Positions 40,470 through 54,299 of a stretch of DNA of 64,000 nt are shown piece after piece. Below the pieces are notes generated by a model, which was not told the origin of the DNA, searched no databases, and saw only the letters and a program-made list of their open reading frames with translations. Both the position numbers and the translations under genes were made by a program. Numbering within the stretch: position 1 is the stretch's first letter; each line of letters opens with the position of its first letter. Source of the stretch: the human T2T-CHM13v2.0 reference genome, Homo sapiens; the NCBI RefSeq assembly GCF_009914755.1, contig NC_060938.1; one strand, given 5' to 3'.

Positions 40470-40715
40470 AATGGCACAGTCACCACTCACTGCAGCCTCA
40501 ACCTCCTGGGCTCAAGTGATTCCCATGTCTCAGCCTTCCAAGTAGCTGTGACTACAGGCGTGAACCACCGTGCCAGCTAATTTTAGTATTTTTTGCAGAG
40601 ACAGGGTTTTGCCATGTTGCCCAGGCTGGTCTTGAACTCCTGAGCACAACAAGCAATCCTCCCACCTCGGCCTCCCAAAGTGTTGGGATTACAGACGTGG
40701 GCCACCGTGCCTGGC
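40470..40715 (-). mobile_element. AluJ (truncated)
   Basis: ctcactgcagcctcaacctcctgggctcaagtg..ccaccgtgcctggc. Confidence 0.88.
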
Positions 40716-40859
40716 AGAGCATAATGCTTTACATGGGCTTACTCACTTATCCCCTCACAACAGCGTTCTATACTAAGTGTGGGTTTCTGCATTTAACCCC
40801 CTCATTATTTCCTCCCTTACATTTGCAGTCTTTACCTTTCTACTGACTCATCTTAGTAA

Positions 40860-41880
40860 TGCTTAAATATGTTCTTCATCCCCTACTTCTCTTTCAGCTA
40901 CTCTGGAAATTACCCTACTCTGTCCTCCCCTTCAAAGCCCAAATTCTCTAAATGATTAAGTACCCATGGTCATTTCCTCATGCCCACAGGCTCCTCAACC
41001 CATTACCATTGGGCTCATGTGCCTACCTGCTTTCTAAAGCTGCCTTCACCAATGTTACCAGGAGCCTCCTCATTGATAAAACTCATTGGATACTTTCCAT
41101 TCCTTACATTATATGACTTTTTGGCCACTTTAACCTCTGAGATCCAGTTTTAGAGTTACATGTCTAGCTACTTAATGGACATCCCACAGCTTCATTAGAC
41201 CTCAAATTCAATATATTCTAAGTTTACCTCATCTTCTTTCCAAAGCTACTCTTGTTCCATGTTCTCTATTTCAGCAAATGACACCATCACCAAAGCTGGT
41301 CTTCCTTCTTTCCTTCACCCCCAAATACACTTGGCCACTAAACCCCTGTACAGTCTACCCCCTACCTGCCTCTCAGAGCTGAGGTGTACTCTTCTCCATC
41401 CCTATAGTACTAGGCTCATATCACCACTCCCTTGGTAGCCCCATCACTGGACTTCCTACCCTTCACCCCTCCACTGACCTACCACCATCTCTATTCTGGT
41501 CCCTGGAATGCAGTCCAGGGGATCTTTCTAAAACACAAGTCTGATTATGTCAGTCCTCTACTTAAAAATTTTCCGTGGCTTTCCACTGTCCCTAAAATAA
41601 AGTCTAAACTTCTTAACATGGTTAACATGATTCTCTCCAAGTTTCATCTTCAACACATCCCCTTCTGCACGCCACACTCCAGCAATACTTCTTGCTGTTC
41701 CTCCAATGTAGGTGCTGTCTTCTCTCTCTGGTTGTTTCCAGTGCTTGAAACAGATCTTCTGACTTTTCTTCTGGCTAAGTCCTTCCACATCTTTAGATCT
41801 CAACTTATGTCACCTCCCCTGGAAAGACATTCCTCAACCCCCAGTCCGGGTTAAGTATCCTTCTTCTGGGCATCCACTGT
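40860..41880 (+). mobile_element. L2 3' region
   Basis: C/T-rich L2 hallmarks: ggacatcc..ctcaaattcaat..gatctttctaaaacacaagtctgattatgtc..aaataaagtctaaacttcttaacatgg. Confidence 0.8.
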
Positions 41881-42465
41881 ATTACAAATGCTCTTAAAGT
41901 GGCCTCTATTTAACCAGCTTACTTGATACACATAATTTCCTTTGTAAAGCACACTGACTACAGCCCTGCCCTCCCCAATGCTCAAAGCTGATAAGCTGCT
42001 GTCTATACACTCATCTTACTACTGCTCTCACCAGTTGAATTGCATTGTATGCCTACCAAGTGTCAGATGTGTTTGGTCTAAGTTCTTTTATAACAATTTT
42101 ACTTATTGTTATAGCTATGTTATTTGAGGAAATCTTATGTAAATTAATAAAATATAAGTACAGAAAGTTGTTTTTATAATGTACAAAGACATAAATGTAA
42201 GCTTCTAAAAGTTGCTTTAATGGATATAAAGTTGTAAATGGAAAGAAATCATTAAAAATCTAAACAGATTCTACTCTGACATAGATTTGTCAGTATCTAA
42301 GTTCTTGCTCCAATTTAAAGAAATTAAAATAGAAGTAAAACATGTGTATGTATTATGGATGTGGTTTAAATCAGAAAGATGACCTGGGACTTCAATTATT
42401 GGACATATATTTAAGGAAAAGTCCTTAGCCTTGCATCAAAAAACTGGCAAAATAATATACATTTA

Positions 42466-42680
42466 TATTTTTATTGAAGTGAAATTCATATAACATACAA
42501 TTAACCATTTGAAAGTATACAAGTCAATGGCATTTAGTGCATTCATGATGCTGTGCCACTATCAACTCTGTCTAGTTTCAAAACTTGTTCATCACCCCAG
42601 AAAAACGCCCTGTACTCTTAAGTAACCACTCCTCATTCCGCTGCTCCCCTGTCTCCTGACAACCTCTAATCTGCTTTAAA
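42466..42680 (-). mobile_element. L1MB-type 3' end
   Basis: tattgaagtgaaattcatataacatacaattaaccattt..tcatcaccccagaaaaacgccctgtac..aacctctaatctgcttt. Confidence 0.82.
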
Positions 42681-45600
42681 TTGAAATAGAACATTTAAGG
42701 CATGTAGATAACATTTTTAATGACTCTCCACTTTACTGACTTTTTGGATGAGTCTATTAACTATTGGTCCAACCCAAGTTGGATGAGTGGGCATCTGCAC
42801 ATCTGATTTCCTTGCAGCTCTATATTAACATTGCTCATTTCACTGCCTCCCCTGCCTCCCAGACTTTGTGCGCTTTGTAGGCAGGGGCATGTTCGAGCTG
42901 TTTATCCATGGGTCTTCAGTACCTGGCACAATGCCTGGCACACAGTGGGCTCCATATTTCTAGGGTTAATTCAGATTACCCAGAAATTAAGTAATATGTC
43001 CAAGGACATTAATGGTGAGTCACAATTTAAGCTTAAGTCTCTCTCACAGCACACTAAGCTGTGTGGGAGGTGAACTGAGGCAGCAGTCATATTAGAGTTA
43101 ATACTGAGAAGTGCTTACTATATGCCTGGCACTGTGCTGAGCTCTTAACAAGTATTACACTGTTTAATCCTCCTAACAACCCTGCAAGATCAATATTATT
43201 ATTAACCCACAAATTCTGGGGAGGGAGTCAGAGATGCCTGAATCCAATTCAAGTATTATAGGACACCAGAGGAAGGCTGTGAGTCCAAAAATAGTTCAGT
43301 CAAATGACTGGAAAGGACAATTATTTTATTACTTTAGTAACAACTTTTAGGACTGATTTTAGGAAAGAGGAAGTCAGGTCAGATGTCTGTAATGGAGCCC
43401 TCTCTAGAGTTTTTGCCCTTCTCCGCACACACACAGACACACGCATGCAACACACATGTCTTGGGTTGTGTCTCGCAAGTACTTGGTTATAATTCTTATG
43501 AAAGATCCACTCTTATGCTTTTGTTTTGCTCTATTGATTACCACTGTGTCCTACAGACACAGCCACATCTACTGTAAACTGGAATACTTCTAGTTTACAT
43601 ATAATACTTCCTTACATTATATTCCTTACATTCCAGTTTACATTATATGTAAACTGGAATACCTCTAGATCCCACTGCACTTCAGGGCTCTACCATATCT
43701 GTGCCTCTCTGGAAACAACTGCCTCCTGTATAGCACCAGGCCACTTGCCCCTCAGCTGGCCACCACCACTGCATGTTCTAGTGGCACTGCCACCAATACC
43801 CCAGAGGACAGATGGGCCAATTCTGCTCAGTGATTTATGGTGCAATGGAGAAGAATGCCTCTTTCTATTTATTCTCTCCATCAGGTATTTCCAAAGCAAT
43901 ATTGCCTGGCTCGCCTAAGTCTCAGAGGCTTGGGTGAAGATGTGTCTTCTGATTTTTATGTACCATCCTCTCTTTCTCCCAGGATCCAGAACTGAGTCCA
44001 TTGAAATCTGCACCTGGGGCAAAGGCAAACAACCTAGGTACTTAGAGTAACTGCTCCACTCCAACAAGTAAAGTTTCATGACTGGGCCAGGCTTATCCCA
44101 CTTGATCCCTCTCCACTCAGTCCCCAGGCAAGGTCAGATGATTCTGAGTTCTAAAGGTAGACACTTTTAATCTAGAGCTGGAACCCTAACTCCCTTACTT
44201 TTATGACCAAGTGTGGGAAGTGGAAGTGAAAGAAAAGCAATTCAAGACCCTGTAAAGGATGGAGCTCAGGATTTGGTGACAAAGACTTTTAGCACCAACC
44301 TAGATGCCTTGGTTAAAATGTGTGTGTTGAGTAACACCTCCATGCAGACCACCATAATAGGCCTCTTTGGGGGATTCTGACAGAGCGGGATGAACTCTGT
44401 TCCCTCACAGAGCTCACAGCTCACATGGGGATACAGTGCAACACAAACTAACATCTCACGAGCATTCCAAACCTCTGGAGGGAAGAGTTAGGGGTGACTG
44501 TTATGTTCTGTTTTTTTGCTTATCTATATTCACTAGTTTTCTGTAACATGTATGTGTTGGTTATATAGTAAAGCCTGAAGTAAAATTAAACAAGGATAAA
44601 TACTCTCCAATCAGAGTTGGCACCCAGTGCTCAGACAGCTCAGCCCTCCCGCAGTCTTACCAGAGCTGGCCTGGGAGCTCCCTCCACCCTTCTCCTTGAG
44701 CATAGGACACAAGTGCCAAAAAGGAACCCTAGGGCATAGAGGCCAGCCTCTTCTCTTGCTCCATCCTCTCTATTATCACTGAACAAATAGATACACTCAA
44801 CATCTCCTCAAAGCCTTCACTATGCACTGAAAACTCCAAGCTGATTATGGCAATAATAATAATAAATGAGTCTGAAAAGACCTTGCTAATGCTTTTTATA
44901 AAATAGATAGGCTGGGTATTGAATCAGTATTGACCCAAAAATAAAAGTAAATGGCTTTAAACAAAATGTTCCTCAGTGTTCTTCTCTGTTATCCATGATT
45001 TCAATGTGATCCTAAATATTTTACTCTAAACATCCCATTTTTAGACACACAACCTTTTAGTTAGCTGTTTTCTAAAAGTATATGAAATTGGGTTAGTTTT
45101 TGGTATCTTTTTTTCTTTTCTCAACCCATGTAAGAACGATACTCTTACATATATAGTTTTTGTGAACTGAGTAGGTAGGAAAAAAATTGAGAGTCTAAAT
45201 TTAAATCTCTCTAATAATTGACTTCTGTAATGTTTATATCTTGACCATCATCTTCATCATCACCACTACAAGCATCTGGATTGGACTTGAAGTTTACAAA
45301 TCATTTCTACAAATAGTATGTCTCTTTAGGGTGGCCCTATTATCCCTGTTGTATTGAGGAGGAAACTGGCAAGTCACAGAAGCTAAATGACTTGCCTAGG
45401 ATCTCACAGCTACTTCTGGTACAGAGCTAGGACTTGATCTCAAATCTGCTAACTCTACATTTTTTATTCTTTATCCTACCATATTGCTGCTCCTTTTCTT
45501 TAGTTCCTATATTTTAGTAGTAGTGGCATTTGGTTTGACTTAGAAAATCTTAAATTAAATCTTTGAGTAGCTACCTTTACCACAGTTCCAGGAGACCAAT

Positions 45601-45713
45601 CTAGAGGTACAAACTTAGTCTGAAAAGAACTCTCGTATCTCATTTCACATCTGTCTACCCTTTAAAATTTAGGCACCAAACCTTAAGGACATGCTTTTGA
45701 AAAATCAAAATTG

Positions 45714-46074
<361 letters not shown>

Positions 46075-46409
46075 TTAGGTGTTCACGTGTTCTCTGTATT
46101 ACATTTAGTGGCAAGGCAACTGATGTTTCTCTTCAAAAACTAATGTTTAAAAATGTCTTGGAAAATATGTGGTATAAGCAAAATGTTCTGTGGGAAGGGA
46201 GCAAGCTTAGGTAATAGGGAATATCCAGTAAGAGATCCAGACCATGGAGCTAGATTGAAATTTTGGATTTGAGGGTTTCAAATCTGTAAGGCATTTTATC
46301 TCAGAGAGTGAGTACATAAGAGTTAGAGCATGTGTCTGTATGATTGAAAGATCCAAGTTCAGTCATGGCGGGCAGGGAAAGGAGGTATTTGAGTATTCTT
46401 CAGCACCCA

Positions 46410-46599
46410 TGGGATGCCAGATTTAGAAAAAATAAAAATTAAAAATGTCCAATTACATTTGAATTTCTAATAAACAACTAACTTTTTTTAATATAGTATG
46501 TTACATTCAATATTTGAGACATATTTATACTAAAAATTTTTCATTATTTATCTGGAATTAAATTTAACTGAACATCCTGCATTTTTTCTGGCCAACCTA
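46410..46599. mobile_element. MER53 palindromic MITE (near full length)
   Basis: tgggatgccagatttag..tttgaatttctaataaacaa..atatttatactaaaaatt..tttatctggaattaaatttaactg..ctggccaaccta. Confidence 0.85.
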
Positions 46600-47955
46600 C
46601 CCTAGGGGCTAATCCATAGGGCATCCCTGAGCCAGGCTCAGAGGATACTTCTTTGGTGCCATCCCTGGTAAGCCAAGAACTAGAACTGAGCTAAAATGAG
46701 AAAGTCTGAATTAAGTCCTTGGTTGTATACATACATCTTTTTTAAGTGTTTCATCATCTGCTTGGGCCTTTTGTCTTTGATTGAAAGTCTCTATAAACTG
46801 TGCCTGAATACCACAGCGTTAATCACAAGCCTCCTGAAGTATTTTCATATTGTGTGTAATAAATGCCCATATACTTAGGATTTAAAGTAACAACTACTCA
46901 CCACAATATTTAGTTAAAATTACAAAGGGAGTACAAATTAAGCCATCATTTTGTTAAGGTGTATATTATAAGTCTTATTTAATTTCCCCATGTTCTTTGT
47001 GTATGTTTGTATAACTGTTGTGTCAAGACTTTCACTGATAAAGTATTTCAATTAGCTGCTAAAAGAATACATTGAAGGAGTTACAACTGATGTACATTTG
47101 GGCTAAATATCTATAATCAGAGTTGTTTCTCACCTGAGTCCCTCTTACTGATGTTATGTAACAAGCGGTCCTGATTGCTAGCAATAACTTGCTTAACATG
47201 TTCACATTTGTGTGATAATCACATAAAAATAAAATGACTCACTAATACATCAAAAAAGGAACTGATACTAGTTGTAGGCTAGATGAGTTATATGGTCACT
47301 TTATCATATCTGAAAGTCTCATTCCTAAGTCACTAGGATTTTTCAGACTCTTGTCACAGGACTGATTTGAGACCAGCTGAGAGACGAAATGACATTTGTG
47401 GGGGATGAGGGAAGCAATGAGAGAAACTGGTGAATGGAAGGCAGGGAATCAGCCCTTCATGCTCACCCACCCCCAAGCTTCCTGGGTAACCAGGGCTTAT
47501 CACCTGGGTATAGTCTTATGGCCAAAAAGGACTAAAATGAACTGGAAAGTCAGGGCAGTCATGTAGTAATGAGCTTTGGTGCAGAGATGTACGGGGAAGT
47601 ATAGTCCTCCTCATCCACCAGGGGACTTTTATGTCCTTGTGTGACTCCTGTGGTGATTATATCACTCTTTAACAATCTTCTAACATTATAATCATGAAAT
47701 CATCATCAACATTTTTCCTCACAAGTTATTTATTCTCTACCACCTTCTTTCAAAGCTTCCTGATTTCACTTTATGGAAGAGACTAGAGAATCTCAAGATC
47801 TAATTCTATCCCACAACCTTTCTGTAAATCACTTTAATGTGATGTTCTAGAAAATTTATGGGACATATCTTTGTTAAAGAAAAGAGGTATTTCTTTGGTA
47901 AGGCAGCCAATTTCTCTTATTCATTGATCAGCATGAGACCTTTATTTAAAGCTTT

Positions 47956-48231
47956 TTGTGTGGGTATGACAGGGTCTTGCTCTATTACCCCGGCGGTCAT
48001 GGCTCACTGCAGACTCCACCTCCTGGGCTCAAACAATCCTCCTGCCTCCACCTCCCATATTGCTAGAACTACAGGCATGCACCCCCACACCCCACTAATG
48101 TTTTGATTTCTTGTAGAAACAGGGTCTTACTTTGTTGCCCAGGCTGGTCTCTAATTCCTGGGCTCACGTGATTCTCCCACCTTGGCTTCCCAAAGTGCTG
48201 GAATTACAGGGGCGAGCCACCATGCCCAGCC
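47956..48231 (-). mobile_element. AluJ
   Basis: Perfect 13-bp TSD tatttaaagcttt (47943-47955 and 48232-48244). Confidence 0.9.
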
Positions 48232-48406
48232 TATTTAAAGCTTTAAGAAGAAAAATTTCACATTGCTCAACCTCATGACTTAAGCATGTCAACTCAAGGT
48301 ATAGGTAAATCGTGCCTTTCCTACCACATCACCATGGGAAACCTGAAGTGGCCACTCTCACAGCCTTGCCTGTAGGACGCTAAAAGAATGAAATCTCCTG
48401 AAATTA

Positions 48407-48812
<406 letters not shown>

Positions 48813-48933
48813 TCAGAATTTTGTGAAGAATAGTATTCTTTATCCTAGCTCTGCCCAAAATCATCTCCATGAGATAGTGGATTTATGAATGTGGTAAGAA
48901 AAATTCAGTGGACTCTAAGAAAGTTTCTTTATC

Positions 48934-49275
48934 AATGAGTTCACGTCCTTCGTAGGGACATGGATGAAGCTAGAAACCATCATTCTGAGCAAACTATCAC
49001 AAGGACAGAAAACCAAACACCACATGTTCTCACTCATAGGTGGGGATTGAACAATGAGAACATTTGGACAGAGGGTGGGGAATGTCACACACCAGGGCCT
49101 GTCATGGGGTGGGGGGAGGGGGGAGGGATAGCATTAGGAGAAATACCTGATGTAAAAGACAAGTTAACGTTAACGGGTGCAGCACACCAATATGGCACAT
49201 GGATACATATGTAACAAACCTGGATGTTGTGCACATGTACCCTAGAACCTAAAGTATAATAATAATAATAATAAA
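48934..49275 (+). mobile_element. 5'-truncated L1PA 3' end
   Basis: gggacatggatgaagctagaaaccatcattct..gttctcactcataggtggg..gcacatgtaccctagaacctaaagtataat. TSD core tttctttatc. Confidence 0.93.
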
Positions 49276-51439
49276 AGAGAAATTTCTTTATCCTGTTCGG
49301 AGCCTCCCTTGTCCAGTCCCATGTAATGTTCTTTATCCCTGATAAATGTAGCCAAGCACTTCCAAATACCTCGGGAAATGCAGAGGTTGAAGAGGGGGAA
49401 ATCTTATTTTATCATTTAAGTTTTTAATATAATATTTTTGACTAGATAATGCAATCATATAGCTCAAGAATTAAAATGACATTAAAAGGTATACATTGAA
49501 AAGCTGTATTATGTTCCCTTTTCCTATCCACCCCACTAATCCCTAATGCCCCCTATAGGTTAGCACTTGCCCTGTTTTGCTCCAGGCTCTTCCAATGTTT
49601 TTATGTATGTACAAGCATTAATGCATATTTTTAATTCCTAGATTTCTTATACAAAAGCAACATACACCATATGTGTTCTGCAGCTTGATTGCTCATATAA
49701 AATATATCCCGCAGATCACTCCATGTCAGTACATAGGACTCATAAAATGTCCTTGTTGACAGGATGTTTCTTAACTCTTCCCATAACATACAATGCTGTA
49801 GTGAACAACTTGTCTATAAGTCCTTTCGTATGTCTGTAGGATAAATTTCCAGAATTGAGACTTCATAGAACTTTTATTAAATACCTCTGTTTTAATGCTT
49901 CTCAGAGTGGCTTGGGTTTGTTAGTGCTTCCTCCTCACCATGGTATACACTTCTGAAGGCATGAACTGTGTTTTATTCATCTTTGCACCCACAGGGGCTA
50001 ACATAGTGCCTAGCATGTTAATGCTAAATACAAACCAAACTTCTAGTGTAACTGTAACCCTGAGAACATTCAAGTAACCCCTCAACGTAAAGGCTGAGAT
50101 CTAGGTGTAGATTAAGAGGCACTTCCCAGTTTCTATTTCAAGATGAAAATAGGACTTATAAAGATAAAAGTATTGAATAAGGAGTCAAAGTTTCAAGGAT
50201 GAGGCTATCTCTTCAAATCCGGGGACTGAGTCAATGTCGGGCAAATTTTCTGGGTTAATCACGCAGAGACAAACTAAATGGTAAAATAGAGAGGAAGCCT
50301 AGAGAACTCCTGCCTGCTGATGAGCAGCCACAGGTGACTGAGAACAGCACTTCCCTAAAAGCCAGGATGAGCTATGGAGAAAAGGTAAATGCGCACTTGG
50401 ATTAGAATCTGAGCAGAGATGGAGAGTGTGCCAGAGAAAGCAAGGGTGCACATGGTGCTAATATAGCTGCTTCTCCACTCTCACGACAGCCTATGGGAGT
50501 GGCTCCTGGTTTTGCTCTTCTGCCCTCACTCTTGTCAGGAAGGCTTTTAGGAAGTGACCTTGGTGAAAACTCAGGCCCAGTCCCAAACCGATGGCAGCCG
50601 TACTTCCTTAGCTATTTCTCTCCTCATCCCAGTGCTGCTCCTCCCAGCCACAGCTGCTATTTGAACACATAAGGCCATAGGAGGATTCTTTCCCTGAGAT
50701 CATCACTCAGCCTCCCGGCTGCCACTGAACTCTGTTTAGCCAAGTTTGAAGACATGGACTAGAAGGCAGATGTGTCACACACAGAACTCATGTCAGTCCT
50801 CGTCAAAATCCTCACGTCTCAAAAATTGTCAGTGAAAAATAAATGGTTACATTTTCTTATGTCAGTAATGTGGCAATATAATTTAAAAATTGCAAATGTG
50901 TTTTTATCTAGCAATTCTACTTCAAGGAATTGATTCTGCAAGTACACTTACAGAAGAACAAAAAAAACTATACATATGTTTGCTGAAGTATTATTTGTAA
51001 AAGCAAAGAAATTAAAAATTACCTACATATCTATCAACATGGTAGTGGCTATATCTATAATACTATATTATGTAATATCTTTTGCAGCTCTAGAAGAATG
51101 AGATAAACCCATGTGTAGGGCATGGAGCAACAGCCACATACACTGAGGTGAATAAAAACAAGTTTAAAATAGTAAATATATTGTATGATTTTATTTGTGA
51201 TTTAAAAGATGATGTGCTTGCGTATGAATTTTTTTAATTTGGTAAAAATACATGAGAGACTATTATGGCCACCACTGGGGAATGGGATTGAGGAGACTAG
51301 GGCAAAAGAAAGGAACAACGTTTTATTTTTTTAATTTCATATCCTTTTTGTATTGCCTTTGAGAATTAAAAAGTTCACTTGCAGCCCATATATTGTTTCT
51401 AAGATTCCTGTGGTATATAGATTATGTAGGATTTGGTGA

Positions 51440-52037
<598 letters not shown>

Positions 52038-52506
52038 TAATCAGAATAGCTATCGCTTAAAAAAAAAAAAAACAAACTTTAAAAACGTTCTTCTTGGCTG
52101 AGTAAAACATCTATGGTTGACCTTAATTGAGGTTCACAGAACCAACTTCAGCTTTGTGGACATATGCTCAAAACCCGACTCACACAGAAAGCCTAGTATA
52201 ATTTTCCGTGATTACAAAAATCAATGTGTTGAGTCTTCAGACTATTGATTATGTTGTCAACAATTTTAATAACACCCTTGACCACCCACAAACTTCCATT
52301 TGTCACTTACCTGAACACATCTTTTAAGGAATGCTTTTTAGTTCTTATGTTGCATTTCCTGCAAAATCTCCCATGCGGTGGACTTATGAATCATGAAAAA
52401 AATTTGTCATATTTTACAAGGTCAGAGAGAAGTAAAGAAGAAAAGGCGATCCCATATTATGCAAGTGTCCTGTTGCTAAAGAAAACACTGCTCAGGGCAG
52501 ACTTAC

Positions 52507-52597
52507 ACAAAGTGGTAGATTCTGATACTGGGTTTTCAAATCCTGATAATTGGAGCCATTCAGTCAGTCTCTGTGCCTGATCCTGAAGAAAAAGAAC
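52507..52597 (-). CDS. SFTA3: SFTA3 internal coding exon (91 nt; VLFLQDQAQRLTEWLQLSGFENPVSESTTL + 1 nt)
   Basis: Minus-strand acceptor cttttcgtctcag|GTT at 52598/52597 and donor TTG T|gtaagt at 52507/52506. The peptide is inside ORF 52457..52660 and matches my recollection of human SFTA3 residues 15-44. Phase 1 joins the next exon to make TGC (Cys). Confidence 0.9.
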
Positions 52598-54299
52598 CTG
52601 AGACGAAAAGCAAGAAGATGAGAAAATGTTAAGACAATAAAAAACATTTGGCAAATGCAATTGGCAGTAGACTCAACATACATTCTCTTGAGGCAAAGCT
52701 TTAATGAAGCAGCTCAAAAGTAGCAGAATATTGTTTGGAACACCAATTTCCAGGTCACCTACCTTCTCCAAGACTTTCTGTTGCTAAGATGATGATGTCT
52801 TTTGTTACTATAATTTAACAAAGTTTTCCAGTATCAAAAAGTTTTAGCAATTTGCCTTTCTGCAGTGCAGGAAAAAGAAAAGCTGTAGGATGTGCAATGT
52901 TTATTCAATTGCCTTGTTGTTTTATTGCTCTTCTTTCTGGAATAGTATTTTGGGTTTGCAAATGTAGAAAAACCTATATTTTCCTGGTATAGACCTGTGA
53001 GGACAGGTCTACCATATAAGCCAATAGACAGACATATCAAGCAAGCTGATAGTTCATCTTGCTGTAATTAACCAGATATAGTTTATGGAAGTGATTTAAG
53101 CCTAAAATTCACAAACAACCTCATGAAATTTTCAGAACCAATGTTTGCTTTTGGGGTTAGCCTCAAAACCTTTAAGAGCTTCCACTTCACAGCCAAATGC
53201 TAAAGCACAATAGTCATGGGAATAAGGCAAGGGAGATTAAATGATCAGTAAATGAGGAAGAAACAACAGAGAAAAATAGAGAAAGAGAAAGCAGTGATGT
53301 AGCAATAAGGAGAGGCTTACATGCCTAGTTCACTTATTATGAGACAATTCATCTTCTACAATAATAAAAAATGATTGTAGCCTTCCAAGAAAAGTTGCTT
53401 CTTCAAAATGAGTAGGTTCTAAGCATGTTTGGTAATTTAATTTCAAATAGATGTGTTGGTATAATTTGGGGTTTTAAGGCACTAGCCCTCAATATTTAGA
53501 TCTTGGTCTCCAGAAATAAATTATCGTGACAACTAACATGAAGGCCAATGTATACTGGCCCCAATTATTGGAATGGTATGGATGAATGTGTATTTTTAAA
53601 CTCAATTATCCAGGTAACTTGCACATAAATATACCAAACCAAAGACCACAGGGTGGGATACTGCCTCAACTTCATTTTAGTACAGATTGTTTTCTCCTTT
53701 GAACCACTAATCAACTTTACTATGTGCAGTTTCTACAATATAAGGCTATTTTCCTCAACATCTTAGCATCATAGTATCCTCTCATCAGAATATTGGTTAG
53801 GTTCCCTAGTGTGAATCACTTATCCAGTTGCTTGCCTGATTATTCGCATGTTTTTGAGATTTGTGAAATGTAGCAGATAAACAGGTTTATGCTGTGTGCA
53901 TCTTGGAGGGCAGCCAATGTCTGTCTGCCTATACAGTATATTTACTCTCCCTCCTCAAATCTCTCTCCCATACAGAGAAGCTGTATTTTAAGACTAAAAT
54001 CAGTGTAGAATGCAATCCAGTAATGTCACTGCAGAAAACAGCAGGTGCTCATCCACTCATTTGCAGTGATTCTTGCAGTGAAGAAAGTGAATCAATGATT
54101 CATCTAATGGACAAAGAAACGCCACAGTGAACATTTGGAAAAACCAAATGAGAGAAAGGAACATTCTTTTATAAAGGTGGGCTCTGATTTTGGAAAGCAA
54201 AACCTCCCACATGAAAATCAGGAATTTTGTTGTGTTCTGGTTGTAACTGCAGTAAGCAATGGCTTGTTCCCTCTCTCCCTGCTTCCTCTGTTTTATTGC

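Noticed and set aside
41432-41854. 140-aa ORF
   Set aside because: Lies within a degenerate L2 element.
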